From the IMG/VR virus record IMGVR_UViG_3300031851_000001: a DNA stretch of 64,000 nt, one strand, 5' to 3'. The position numbers and the translations under genes are program-made. Positions 36,034 to 46,037 of this stretch are shown piece after piece (positions within the stretch are counted from its first letter, which is position 1; every line of letters begins with the position of its first letter). This DNA comes from a virus (Duplodnaviria > Caudoviricetes). Below the pieces are notes generated by a model. The model had not been told where the DNA came from, did not search any database, and worked only from the letters and a program-made list of their open reading frames with translations.

Positions 36034-37116
36034 ATGAGTCTTTTAGACAAGTTAGTGAAAAACAGTACAATTAAAATGACAGCGCCATTAATGGAATCAA
36101 AGGTTTTTGGTAAAAAGGATATGGCGCCGACAGATGTTCCAATGGTAAACGTTGCTTTATCAGGAAGAATTGACGGTGGTTTATCACCGGGACTATTGGT
36201 ATTAGCAGGACCATCAAAACACTTTAAATCGGCATTTGCTCTGTTAATGGCAGGTGCTTATATGAAGCGTAATAAAGATGCTATCTTATTGTTTTATGAT
36301 GCAGAGTTTGGTACGCCACAAGCGTACTTTGAAAGCTTTGGTATTGATATGGATAGAGTTGTACATACACCAATCACAGATGTTGAGCAACTTAAATTTG
36401 ATATTTCCCAACAGCTTGATAAAATTGAAAAGAAAGATAATGTAGTTATTGTTATTGACTCAGTCGGTAACTTGGCATCAAAGAAAGAAACACAGGATGC
36501 ACTTGACGGTAAATCAGTTGCTGATATGTCAAGGGCAAAAGCCTTGAAATCTCTATTCCGTATTGTAACACCGCATCTTAATCTTAAAGATATTCCACTG
36601 ATTGCGGTTAACCATACTTACCAAGAGATTGGTTTGTTTCCAAAGGCTATCGTATCTGGCGGTACAGGGATTTATTACTCTGCTGATGCCATTTGGATTA
36701 TCGGTCGACGCCAAGAAAAGGTTGGTACTGAAATTACAGGTTATCATTTCGTTATCAATATTGAGAAATCTCGACATGTTAAAGAGAAATCAAAAATTCC
36801 AATCTCAGTATCTTGGGATGGCGGTATTGTTAAATGGTCAGGTTTAATGGAAGTTGCTGAAAAAGGTGGTTACCTCAACAAACCAAAAGTTGGTTGGTAT
36901 GAAGCAATCAATCCAGAAACAGGCGAAGTTATTTCTGATAAGTTAATGAGAGCTAAAGAAGTAAACGATAATAAAGAGTTTTGGCTAAAAATGTTTGAAG
37001 AAACAAACTTTGGTCAATATATCAAAGATGCGTTTACTGTCGGAGGATCAGGTGCTATCATGCGTGATGATGATATCGCCGCGATTGACGAAGCGATTGC
37101 TGACGCAACGGAGTAA
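36034..37116 (+). CDS. uvsX: RecA-like recombinase UvsX
   Basis: AGPSKHFKS Walker A, IDSVGNL, VSGGTG, EKSR. Confidence 0.95.
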   Translation: MSLLDKLVKNSTIKMTAPLMESKVFGKKDMAPTDVPMVNVALSGRIDGGLSPGLLVLAGPSKHFKSAFALLMAGAYMKRNKDAILLFYDAEFGTPQAYFESFGIDMDRVVHTPITDVEQLKFDISQQLDKIEKKDNVVIVIDSVGNLASKKETQDALDGKSVADMSRAKALKSLFRIVTPHLNLKDIPLIAVNHTYQEIGLFPKAIVSGGTGIYYSADAIWIIGRRQEKVGTEITGYHFVINIEKSRHVKEKSKIPISVSWDGGIVKWSGLMEVAEKGGYLNKPKVGWYEAINPETGEVISDKLMRAKEVNDNKEFWLKMFEETNFGQYIKDAFTVGGSGAIMRDDDIAAIDEAIADATE

Positions 37117-37123
37117 TTTTTAG

Positions 37124-37152
37124 TTGACATTTGTAACAAAATGTATTATTAT
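37124..37152 (+). promoter_or_regulatory. Sigma70-type promoter upstream of gene 41, followed by a GC hairpin
   Basis: TTGACA-17-TATTAT; ATGGCGGTTC/GAGCCGCCAT hairpin just downstream. Confidence 0.65.
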
Positions 37153-37211
37153 AAAAGTATGGCGGTTCAATTACAGAGCCGCCATATTCAACTCAGCCAC
37201 TGGAATTAACA

Positions 37212-38642
37212 ATGATAGAGAACACCGTATTATCTAACCTCGTATTTAACGAGGATTATTTTCGTAAAGTATATCCGTACATAAAAACAGATTACTTTGA
37301 AGATAATAACCACAAGAAAATATTTGAAACGTATTCAAGTTACGTTGAAGAATATAGAGATCCTCCTTCAGTTGAGGTACTCAAACTAACACTTGACAAA
37401 CGTAAAGATATGAATGAAGAGTCTTACAAAAGTGTAATGGCTTCAGTTGATACTCTTAAGCGCGATGAAGATACGGACCAAGAATGGTTGGTCAAAGAAA
37501 CTGAAAAGTTTTGTCAAGATCGCGATTTATATAACGCAATTCGTAAAGCAATCCTCGTAGTTGATGGATCAGAAGCCGAACTCGGTAAAGATGGACTGCC
37601 TGCCTTATTACAAGACTCACTCAGTATTAGTTTTGATAGTTCGGTTGGTCATGATTACCTTGAAGATTATGAATCACGTTATGATTTTTACCACAAGAAA
37701 GAAGAGCGTATTCCTTTTGATATTGAATTGCTCAACAAGATTACCAAAGGTGGATTACCACGTAAATCCATGACAGTCTTATTGGCTACAACCGGTGGTG
37801 GTAAATCATTAGTCAAATGTCATGCGGCTGCTTCGGCTTTACTTCAAGGTAAAAACGTATTATATATTACAATGGAAATGGCAGAGGAACGTATCTCTGA
37901 ACGTATTGATGCTAATATGATGGGTGTTACTATTGATGAAGTATCGGAAATGCCACGTGATGTATATAATAAAAGAATGGAACGTATCAAAGGTAAAACC
38001 ACGGGTAAACTAGTTGTTAAAGAATATCCGACAGGTTCTGCTCATACTGGTCACTTCCGACATTTATTAACAGAGTTGCGAATGAAACGTAACTTCAAAC
38101 CAGATGTTATTATGATTGACTATTTGAACATTTGCGCATCATCTCGAGTTAAAGGTGCCGCGGCTGCTAATTCATATACATTAGTTAAATCAATCGCTGA
38201 AGAAATCCGTGGTCTTGCTATGGAATATAATTGTGCCGTGATTACATCATCCCAGTTCAATAGAGATGGTTATGGTAATACTGATGTTGATTTGACAAAT
38301 ACGTCTGAGTCAATGGGTATTACTCACACAGCTGATTGTATCCTTGGTTTGATTACATCTGAAGAACTTGATGGTCTTGGACAATTAATGATTAAGCAAC
38401 TTAAAAATCGTTGGGGTGACTTGAGCCATTATCGTCGGTTTGTTGTTGGTGTTGATAGAGCAAAGATGCAGATATATGATTTAGAAGATAGTGCTCAAAA
38501 AGGTATCACGCAAGGACAAGCAGTTGCTAACTCTATGCCTAAACCTTCAGTATCATTTAGTGATGATAGTCCTGTATTTGATAAAGGTAATATTGGTAAA
38601 GTCAAAAAGAAAGATTTGTTTAGTGCTGGCGAATTGATGTAG
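37212..38642 (+). CDS. 41: Replicative DNA helicase (T4 gp41, DnaB-like)
   Basis: TTGGGKS Walker A, ITMEMAE, IDYLNI, TSESMG, LKNR. Confidence 0.95.
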   Translation: MIENTVLSNLVFNEDYFRKVYPYIKTDYFEDNNHKKIFETYSSYVEEYRDPPSVEVLKLTLDKRKDMNEESYKSVMASVDTLKRDEDTDQEWLVKETEKFCQDRDLYNAIRKAILVVDGSEAELGKDGLPALLQDSLSISFDSSVGHDYLEDYESRYDFYHKKEERIPFDIELLNKITKGGLPRKSMTVLLATTGGGKSLVKCHAAASALLQGKNVLYITMEMAEERISERIDANMMGVTIDEVSEMPRDVYNKRMERIKGKTTGKLVVKEYPTGSAHTGHFRHLLTELRMKRNFKPDVIMIDYLNICASSRVKGAAAANSYTLVKSIAEEIRGLAMEYNCAVITSSQFNRDGYGNTDVDLTNTSESMGITHTADCILGLITSEELDGLGQLMIKQLKNRWGDLSHYRRFVVGVDRAKMQIYDLEDSAQKGITQGQAVANSMPKPSVSFSDDSPVFDKGNIGKVKKKDLFSAGELM

Positions 38643-38650
38643 TTAGATAT

Positions 38651-38658
38651 TATAAATA
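38651..38658 (+). promoter_or_regulatory. T4-type late promoter
   Basis: TATAAATA. Confidence 0.65.
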
Positions 38659-38687
38659 ACTCTAAACGAAGCACTACGGAGTTAACT

Positions 38688-39926
38688 ATGAAGCGTTTTC
38701 AGGAATTTGTCACAGAAGCGAAACGCGGTGGCGCAAAGAAAAACCAAGTAAGTGCCACTGATATGGAAGCGGTTATCGTTGTTGCTTTCAACGGTGGTTG
38801 GGACAAAGCCAAAGATACATACGGTTTAAAACAAAATACATATGAAATTGGCGCTCCAATTGCAGAAAAAATTGCTGATGATATTAGAAAAACAACCAAG
38901 GCTTCTGCGAACTCACTAATACATTTTGGTTCTGGCGCAGGTCAGTTAAATCCAAAATGGTTAGGTTCCAATGGTACTCCTAAAACTGATTTATATTCAA
39001 CAGACGGTATAAACATATCACTTAAACAAAAAGGTGGTTCTCAAGTTATGTCTGGATATAAAGAAGAAACAATTTCTACATTCTATGCAGCGATGGATAG
39101 TATGGGAGATAAAGCTCCTAAAGAAATTAATAAATTAGTAGCACAATTGGATCCTGTTCTCAAAAAGATTACTGTACCCGGAAATGTTAATACAATTATT
39201 AACTCAATCAAAGGTAAATCAATGCCTAAAGGTGTTAAAGCACAAGTAGGTAATAGTAAACGTGTAATGGACATTAAGTTTGATAAAAGAGAATATGCTG
39301 CCAAGCAAGCAGAAATTGTCGACTGGAAAAACTCAATGAAGGAACTCAACCCAGTGTTTAGAGAATTCTTTGAGGACAACCAAGAGTTTAGACGATACTT
39401 TGTATATGAAGCAGCTACTGGTGATTTTAAATTTGCCCCGGATAAATATGCTAACTCAAATTGGATGGTAGAGTTTGACCCTGCGTCTGGTACTAATAAT
39501 AACATTGTCCAACTATCATTAGGCAATAACATACCGGCACCTTTTATTGATAAGCTAGCTAAAAAAGTTCAAGTTAGAATATCTCCAAAAACACCAACAG
39601 GTTCAAAAGTATCTGCGCAAGGTACATCATCAACTGTTGGATCGTTTAGATTAACAGTGGCTGAAAACAAAGGCGGGTTTGATACATTTGAAACAATGAT
39701 GATAAGAGAACAAGCAAAGTTTACTGAGTCATTATTAACTGAAGATGTGTTAACTGAAGCAGGATTGTTTAGTAAACTTAAAACATGGTTATCTAAATTA
39801 TATTACAAAGTAATTAAAAAGATTAAACAAATTGCTAAACTAGGATACGAAGCGTTATTATCGTTTTTCCAATTTGAAGTAAGCAAAGTTGATACAAAAG
39901 GCCTACAACAGTTTGGATTTAAATAA
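38688..39926 (+). CDS. Putative internal head protein with PD-(D/E)xK-like motif
   Basis: N-terminus MKRFQEFVTE; TPKTDL...ISLKQ. Confidence 0.55.
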   Translation: MKRFQEFVTEAKRGGAKKNQVSATDMEAVIVVAFNGGWDKAKDTYGLKQNTYEIGAPIAEKIADDIRKTTKASANSLIHFGSGAGQLNPKWLGSNGTPKTDLYSTDGINISLKQKGGSQVMSGYKEETISTFYAAMDSMGDKAPKEINKLVAQLDPVLKKITVPGNVNTIINSIKGKSMPKGVKAQVGNSKRVMDIKFDKREYAAKQAEIVDWKNSMKELNPVFREFFEDNQEFRRYFVYEAATGDFKFAPDKYANSNWMVEFDPASGTNNNIVQLSLGNNIPAPFIDKLAKKVQVRISPKTPTGSKVSAQGTSSTVGSFRLTVAENKGGFDTFETMMIREQAKFTESLLTEDVLTEAGLFSKLKTWLSKLYYKVIKKIKQIAKLGYEALLSFFQFEVSKVDTKGLQQFGFK

Positions 39927-41156
39927 ATGTTAAGTTTTAAAAATTACCTCGCTGAGGAAAAGAATGTTCATATGGAGCATCTTGAAGACTCGATTTTAAA
40001 CCTTGGTGTTGATGGTACACGTTCTGCTATTAATTTCCTTAGAGCATTAAGAGATATGCTACAAGGTAGTTCAAAATCTAAAGTTAACGTATCAGTTAAA
40101 TGGGACGGAGCACCTGCTATATTTGCGGGCGTTGATCCAAGCGACAAAAAATTCTTTGTTGCTAAAAAGGGTATTTTTAATAAGAACCCTAAAGTATATA
40201 AAACCGCCGCTGATGTCGATGCAGACACCAAAGGCGATTTAGCAGTGAAATTAAAACTAGCCTTGGAAGAGTTTCCTAAACTTGGTATCAAAGGTGTAGT
40301 ACAAGGTGACTTTCTATATGATAAAAAAGATCTCAAGATATTGGACATTAAGGGTGAACCGCATGTTACTTTCCATCCTAATACGATCGTATACGCGGTA
40401 CCTTCGGCATCAGACCTCGGTAAACAAATACTCAAATCCAAAATCGGAGTGGTCTGGCATACGGTATACAGAGGACGTAGCTTTGAAGAAATGTCTGCAA
40501 GTTTTGGAGAGGAGATTGCATCAAGCCTCAAAACAACGAAAACGTGCTGGTCGGTAGACGCGGTATATAGAGACGTTTCAGGCACGGCAACGATGACGGC
40601 TGCAGAGACTGAAAAGGTTAATAAAATATTATCGGCTGCAGGAACTTTATTTCAAAAAATAAAACCAGCAACTCTAAACGGCGTAGCAAACAATCCTGAC
40701 ACGCTAATGCGGACAAAAACATTTGTTAATACTAAAATTAGAGCTGGTGAAAAGATACGTAACACTCGTATGTTTGTAAAAGATTTAGAAAAGTATATTG
40801 ATGATATATACGAAAAAGAAGCTGGCAAACGAAAAACCGATAAAGGTAAAAGAGCACAACGAGTTAAAAAAGATGCTACATTAGAATACTTTAAGAAAAC
40901 ATCAACAAAAGAATTAGTTGCTATGTTTGATTTGTATAACTTGCTCATAGATGCCAAACTTTTAATCATAAAGAAACTCGACAAAGCTGGTGGTTTAACA
41001 ACGTTCCTTAAAACAGCTGACGGGCTTCAAGTAACAGGGCAAGAAGGCTTTGTTGCTATTGACCACATGGGTAAAACCGCAGTTAAGCTTGTTGACAGAC
41101 TTGACTTTAGTAATGCTAATTTTAACGACAAGTATATTAAAGGGTGGGACAAATAA
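39927..41156 (+). CDS. Putative internal head protein with ligase-like KxDG motif
   Basis: N-terminus MLSFKNYLAE; SVKWDGAPA, QGDF, EGFV, KLVDR. Confidence 0.6.
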   Translation: MLSFKNYLAEEKNVHMEHLEDSILNLGVDGTRSAINFLRALRDMLQGSSKSKVNVSVKWDGAPAIFAGVDPSDKKFFVAKKGIFNKNPKVYKTAADVDADTKGDLAVKLKLALEEFPKLGIKGVVQGDFLYDKKDLKILDIKGEPHVTFHPNTIVYAVPSASDLGKQILKSKIGVVWHTVYRGRSFEEMSASFGEEIASSLKTTKTCWSVDAVYRDVSGTATMTAAETEKVNKILSAAGTLFQKIKPATLNGVANNPDTLMRTKTFVNTKIRAGEKIRNTRMFVKDLEKYIDDIYEKEAGKRKTDKGKRAQRVKKDATLEYFKKTSTKELVAMFDLYNLLIDAKLLIIKKLDKAGGLTTFLKTADGLQVTGQEGFVAIDHMGKTAVKLVDRLDFSNANFNDKYIKGWDK

Positions 41157-41491
41157 TGGCATGGGTTGACGTACCAGGATCACCAACAGTTTTAGTGGGT
41201 GGAACACCTACTGCGATTTGGCAATATGATAATGCTCCTGTTTTAGGCACATTGGTAAACGCGAATGCAAAGGTCCAAGACGATCCTAATGTTGGCCCTA
41301 CTGACCAATATTACCGCGCTAACGGAACCGTAACTGCAGGGATTAGATCCTTTACACCAACAGGTGGTCCTATACAAGAAACATATGTAAAATGTAAAAA
41401 GGTTCAACCAACTGGAAAAATTTATACTGATTCCAACACAAACGGTCCTTGGTCTGAATTAAACAAAAACTATTATGACGGAAAAATTTAA
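41144..41491 (+). CDS. Hypothetical protein
   Basis: Gly/Thr/Pro-rich ORF in late operon. Confidence 0.55.
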   Translation: MGQIMAWVDVPGSPTVLVGGTPTAIWQYDNAPVLGTLVNANAKVQDDPNVGPTDQYYRANGTVTAGIRSFTPTGGPIQETYVKCKKVQPTGKIYTDSNTNGPWSELNKNYYDGKI

Positions 41492-41507
41492 GAGGTAGGC
41501 AAGAGCA

Positions 41508-42293
41508 ATGGCTATTTGGAACAAATTAACTCAAGCATATTTACAAGGTAATAAAACTTTATTTGAAGCGTTTATGCTGGCAGATAAAGATGGTAATATC
41601 ATCAATACATTTGGTTCGGCGTCTAATATTCCAATTGCTGCAGGGCAAGTAGAAGGCTATTCACATATTAATAAGTTCGGTCATACAGGTGCCGATATTA
41701 ATGGTACGACTACTATTTGGGATGGTTCAAATGGTGTATATACTTGGCCAACCGCAGCGGGCGTAGTTACAGTTGCTTCTTCATCTCAATCTGGTGAAAC
41801 AGTTGTGGTTGAAGGTCTTGATGTAAATTATAATATCATATCAGAAGAAACAACAATTGGTGGAACAACTACCGCAGAGTTTTATCGTATCTATCGTGCA
41901 TATATGACAGGCGACCAAAATGAGAATGATGTTACCTTCTCAATTGGTGGAACATCATACGCTATTATCCTAGCAGATAACGGTCAAACTTTGATGACGA
42001 CCTATACAGTTCCTGCTGGTAAAACGGCTTACCTAATGCAATTAACTTGCACAATGGATAAAGCAAATGCTCCAACATACTTTAGATTAATGTCACGCCC
42101 AGTTGATAATGGAACTTCGTTTAATATCAAATCACAGCTTGGATCACAAGGTGGTAATCCAGTAAACTTTGAATATGCTGTACCCCTTAGGTTTCCAGAA
42201 AAAACTGACATTAAAGTTGATGTTATTACTCAAGGTGCAGTTGGTGTTGGTGCAACTTACGATCTTATATTAGTGGATAATCCTACTCCATAA
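41508..42293 (+). CDS. Probable virion structural protein
   Basis: Beta-rich; YTVPAGKTAYL and LRFPEKTDI motifs. Confidence 0.55.
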   Translation: MAIWNKLTQAYLQGNKTLFEAFMLADKDGNIINTFGSASNIPIAAGQVEGYSHINKFGHTGADINGTTTIWDGSNGVYTWPTAAGVVTVASSSQSGETVVVEGLDVNYNIISEETTIGGTTTAEFYRIYRAYMTGDQNENDVTFSIGGTSYAIILADNGQTLMTTYTVPAGKTAYLMQLTCTMDKANAPTYFRLMSRPVDNGTSFNIKSQLGSQGGNPVNFEYAVPLRFPEKTDIKVDVITQGAVGVGATYDLILVDNPTP

Positions 42294-42422
42294 CACCTGA
42301 CATAATGTCACATTTGCATATAGTGAATACCGGCTAGTAAAAACTAGCAAGCCTAATTTTACCTTTTTACTAATAAATAAATTTGTTAAAACAAAGAAAC
42401 ATTTATTAGAAAAGGATTAATT

Positions 42423-42698
42423 ATGGCACACACGATTAATAGTAATTCATCTATTGCTTCAGTATTTGCATACAAAGTAGTAACATTCTTCGAAAGAATT
42501 GGCACGGCGATGGCTAAACGAGCAGAGCGTCGCGAAACATTCAAAACACTCCATAGATTAACAGATAGAGAATTAAACGACATTGGCATTAGCCGTGGCG
42601 ATATTCGTTCTATTGCTAATGACACTTGGGAAGATACTCGTAAACGCGATTCATTACCATATGTATCAGTTAACCCAAATTTAAGAGGATCAGTATAA
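42423..42698 (+). CDS. DUF1127 (YjiS-like) small protein
   Basis: RRETFKTLHRLTDRELNDIGISRGDI. Confidence 0.85.
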   Translation: MAHTINSNSSIASVFAYKVVTFFERIGTAMAKRAERRETFKTLHRLTDRELNDIGISRGDIRSIANDTWEDTRKRDSLPYVSVNPNLRGSV

Positions 42699-42886
42699 TG
42701 GAAATCACAGGTGAACAACCAGTAAGAATGCCAAAAATATTTAAACTATTAGCAAAAGGCTTAGTTGCTGTAGGAATGTTCTTATGGGCATTTGGCGAGT
42801 CAGCAGGCAGAGCAAGAGCAGCGAGTGAATTGTTTCGTCAAGGATATGTAGAAGAAGCAAGAAGATTAATGTTGGAGAGTAAATAA
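42698..42886 (+). CDS. Small Rhodobacteraceae-type hypothetical protein
   Basis: [23 protein letters not shown]. Confidence 0.55.
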   Translation: MEITGEQPVRMPKIFKLLAKGLVAVGMFLWAFGESAGRARAASELFRQGYVEEARRLMLESK

Positions 42887-43113
42887 TGACTGGTGATATA
42901 GCAACAATGGGCGCATTAATTGGCGCAGGATTGGCAACTTTAGGAATGGGTGGAGCGGCTATTGCCGTAGGAATTATAGTCGGAAGTGTGTTAAAAGTAA
43001 TGCCTAAAAAGGGTGAAGGCGATCAGGGAACAATGTTTGTAGGTATCGCATTTGCAGAAGCGTTGGGTATCTTTGCATTCTTGGTAGCGTTGCTACTAAT
43101 GTTTGCTGTATAA
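42886..43113 (+). CDS. atpE: ATP synthase F0 subunit c homolog
   Basis: [18 protein letters not shown] glycine helix; [13 protein letters not shown] with conserved Glu; ends LLMFAV as in alphaproteobacterial subunit c. Confidence 0.9.
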   Translation: MTGDIATMGALIGAGLATLGMGGAAIAVGIIVGSVLKVMPKKGEGDQGTMFVGIAFAEALGIFAFLVALLLMFAV

Positions 43114-43334
43114 TGGTTGGTGATCAGCATATAGAAATATCAGCACAGGTAGTGCAGAAGTTAGGTTTTTATATGTTCGTCGTTATGACTTCATTAATAT
43201 TAATATGTATAGCGTTTGGATTTTACGCCGTGATTGACAAATACAAACAACCAAATTGGAAAGAAGTATGTATCGCAAAAGGCGGTGTACCAGTACAGTT
43301 AGAGAAATCATTCTTTGACTGCAAAAAGATGTAA
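43113..43334 (+). CDS. Small single-TM protein
   Basis: Hydrophobic helix, C-terminal C...C. Confidence 0.6.
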   Translation: MVGDQHIEISAQVVQKLGFYMFVVMTSLILICIAFGFYAVIDKYKQPNWKEVCIAKGGVPVQLEKSFFDCKKM

Positions 43335-43349
43335 GAAAGAGGAAACGGA

Positions 43350-43484
43350 ATGTTTAGACGATTTATGAAACTAATGGAATATAGAAGTTACTGCATGAGT
43401 ATTAAGCAGTTGAGAGAGATGGGCATGTATGACAAAGCTAACGAAATCTCAGAGTTCAAACACAACATGTATAAAACAAGTTAG
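43350..43484 (+). CDS. Small hypothetical protein (44 aa)
   Basis: Manual translation MFRRFMKLMEYRSYCMSIKQLREMGMYDKANEISEFKHNMYKTS; SD GAGGA. Confidence 0.55.
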   Translation: MFRRFMKLMEYRSYCMSIKQLREMGMYDKANEISEFKHNMYKTS

Positions 43485-43492
43485 GATATAAT

Positions 43493-43915
43493 ATGAAAAC
43501 ACTTTATTTTTATTTGGCACTATTCGCTGCAATTTTTACAGTGTCAGCAGCATCAGCAGACGTAACAATCGAAATGTTAAATAAGCGCGACGATGGCGCT
43601 AAGATGGTCTACTCACAAGATATTACACGTATCGAAGTAGGTGAGATTATCACATGGGTACCAACATCAAAAGGTCATAACGTAGAATTTATTGCAGGGC
43701 CAGACGGTTGGAAGAAACCAAAGAAATCAAAATTAAATAAAGTAGTTGAAATCCAGTTTAACACACCGGGTGTATATCTATATCAATGTTCACCACATAA
43801 GAGCATGGGTATGATTGCTATTGTAGTTGTAGGTGATGGAGATAATGATATTTCAAAAGCCAAAGTAAAGGGCAAATCAAAGAAAAAGCTTAAGGCTTTG
43901 TTAGGAGAACTATGA
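43493..43915 (+). CDS. paz: Pseudoazurin (type-1 blue copper protein)
   Basis: Signal peptide; KGHNV and YQCSPHKSMGM give His/Cys/His/Met ligands. Confidence 0.9.
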   Translation: MKTLYFYLALFAAIFTVSAASADVTIEMLNKRDDGAKMVYSQDITRIEVGEIITWVPTSKGHNVEFIAGPDGWKKPKKSKLNKVVEIQFNTPGVYLYQCSPHKSMGMIAIVVVGDGDNDISKAKVKGKSKKKLKALLGEL

Positions 43916-44081
43916 TAGATCCAGATCACACATTCATCAAACCTAAAGGTGAAAAGAAAAAAGGCGGCAAGTAATGCACGGTGATAGAGGTAACATTAAA
44001 ATTGTTTGGTTAATGTTATTCTTGTGCGTATTCTTACACGTTGGATTAATACCAGTTTGGATGTGGTATTTAGGTTTATAA
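43912..44081 (+). CDS. Two coupled micro-ORFs (43912-43974, 20 aa; 43974-44081, 35-aa TM peptide)
   Basis: MIDPDHTFIKPKGEKKKGGK and MHGDRGNIKIVWLMLFLCVFLHVGLIPVWMWYLGL; ATGA and TAATG overlaps. Confidence 0.5.
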
Positions 44082-44097
44082 TAACTTCAAAAAAACT

Positions 44098-44136
44098 TAT
44101 AAATAAAGGGTAGGCATTAAGTTGTCTACCTTTTTT
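44098..44136 (+). terminator. Late promoter followed by terminator-like hairpin
   Basis: TATAAATA at 44098; GGTAGGCA-TTAAGT-TGTCTACC-TTTTTT. Confidence 0.6.
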
Positions 44137-44719
44137 GATTCAACGGAGATATACTATGGGAAGAATACGTGATAGAGGTAATGACGGCGGAAACGTCTAT
44201 AGGTGGCAAACATTAGCCAACTTTGTTAACACTAATGGCTGGACAAAAGGCGCAGAGCTTGGTATCCACGATGGTGTTAATTTTAAATTTCTAATTAACA
44301 ATTGTCCAAAACTACACATGATTGGTGTGGATTTGTATGAAGCGCAGCCAGATAATAATGGACCAGAAAAATGGACACCCGGAGAACATGGGCACGCTTG
44401 GGATCATAATAGATACTATAACGATTTAAGAGAGTTTGAAGAATATAATCCAGACAGAGTTGATATTATAAAAGACTATACTACTGAAGCTGCTAAAACA
44501 GTTGACGATAAAAGTTTAGATTTTGTTTTTGTTGATGCTGACCACGGATACGAAGGTTGCCTAAGAGATATTAAAGCTTGGGATAGTAAAGTAAGAGATG
44601 GTGGTATTATGTTTGGACATGATATACATTTCCCTACTGTCAAACAGGCAGTAACAGAGTTTTATGGAGAGAACTCTTGGCACGTAGAAGACGATTTTAT
44701 TTGGTGGGTACAGAAGTGA
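44135..44719 (+). CDS. Class I SAM methyltransferase (Methyltransf_24-like)
   Basis: GAELGI, VDLY, FVFVDADH, GGIMFGHD. Confidence 0.8.
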   Translation: MIQRRYTMGRIRDRGNDGGNVYRWQTLANFVNTNGWTKGAELGIHDGVNFKFLINNCPKLHMIGVDLYEAQPDNNGPEKWTPGEHGHAWDHNRYYNDLREFEEYNPDRVDIIKDYTTEAAKTVDDKSLDFVFVDADHGYEGCLRDIKAWDSKVRDGGIMFGHDIHFPTVKQAVTEFYGENSWHVEDDFIWWVQK

Positions 44720-45366
44720 ACATTCCAAAAAGACTAAGCCAAATATGGGTTGGACCACGCCCTGCTCCACTCCAATGGCTTCACACTTGGAGAGACAAAC
44801 ATCCTGAGTGGGAATACTCTATATTTACTGATGAAATGTTACGATCGCGTAAATGGCATAATAGTCATTTGATTGAACACTATTATAACACAGGTAAATT
44901 CCCAGGAGTATCCGATCTTATCCGATACGAACTGCTATACGAACATGGTGGATTTTGGCCTGAGGCTGATATGACTTGTTTAGAAAATACTGATGAGTTA
45001 TTTACATCACCAGAGAATTACGCTTATTCTTGTTACGAAAATGAAAAACTACCAACACCAAACATTCAACCTATTATGGCATGTAATCCTGAGAATGTAT
45101 TCGTCAAACATGTTATTAATACACTCCATAAATTAAAACCAACTGATTTAAGCCCAGAGCCATTTAGATCCACGGGTAATCTATTTCTATCTAAACACCA
45201 CCCAAATTTTAAACATATGATAACTATATGGCCAAGTCATTATTTTATTCCGTTGTTTTATATTGGTGGCGCAAAAAGATATAATGGACCAGATAAAGTT
45301 TATGCAGACCATAAATGGGGATCTACTGGACATGCAAATAGTATAACATATGATAAGGGTATATAA
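44716..45366 (+). CDS. GT32-like (DxD) glycosyltransferase
   Basis: IPKRLSQIWVG, SDLIRYELLYEHGGFW.EAD; GTG start 44716. Confidence 0.75.
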   Translation: MNIPKRLSQIWVGPRPAPLQWLHTWRDKHPEWEYSIFTDEMLRSRKWHNSHLIEHYYNTGKFPGVSDLIRYELLYEHGGFWPEADMTCLENTDELFTSPENYAYSCYENEKLPTPNIQPIMACNPENVFVKHVINTLHKLKPTDLSPEPFRSTGNLFLSKHHPNFKHMITIWPSHYFIPLFYIGGAKRYNGPDKVYADHKWGSTGHANSITYDKGI

Positions 45367-46037
45367 TGTACATATCTCACAAATATAAATTAATATTTTT
45401 ACGAACACCAAAAACTGCGAGCAGCAGCTTATCTGAGTTCTTTATTAAAAACATTCCTGATCCTAACGCAATTTATACACCGGTTGAAGATTCTAATATA
45501 CCAGCCACGTTAAGCCAAGATATAATTAATAAGTATAAATTAAACTTTAAATATTATCATTTTACATTACAGGATTTAGTTGAAAATCGTATTATAACTC
45601 CAATGGCTGCTATTGAATATAAATCTATTGCGGTCGTAAGAGATCCTGTTGATAGACAAAAAAGCTTTTACTATTTCTATAAGAGGTGGACTAATAATCA
45701 TATACCGCCGTCAATAGAAGAATATAATTCTTGGACACCAAAAGGTCCTTTTATTGGCGAACCAAACTCTGGTATATTACAATCCGATATATTAAAATAT
45801 AATAACGAAATACACGGTGAGTATTGGCTATACGAAAACATAAGCAACGACTTAAGTGCTCTTATGCGCGAATTAAATATACAAGTAAAGCATATGTTAC
45901 CTAACCATAAAAACGATTTTAGAAAAAACCGAAATAACGAAATAACTTTTGATAATAGAGCGATGGATGTTATGTTAGAATACTTTGCAAACGATATAAC
46001 TTTATATAACGAACTTGCTGAGGAAACATACGTATGA
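45366..46037 (+). CDS. Sulfotransferase family 2 protein
   Basis: FLRTPKTASSS 5'-PSB loop, VVRDPVDR..S. Confidence 0.8.
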   Translation: MYISHKYKLIFLRTPKTASSSLSEFFIKNIPDPNAIYTPVEDSNIPATLSQDIINKYKLNFKYYHFTLQDLVENRIITPMAAIEYKSIAVVRDPVDRQKSFYYFYKRWTNNHIPPSIEEYNSWTPKGPFIGEPNSGILQSDILKYNNEIHGEYWLYENISNDLSALMRELNIQVKHMLPNHKNDFRKNRNNEITFDNRAMDVMLEYFANDITLYNELAEETYV

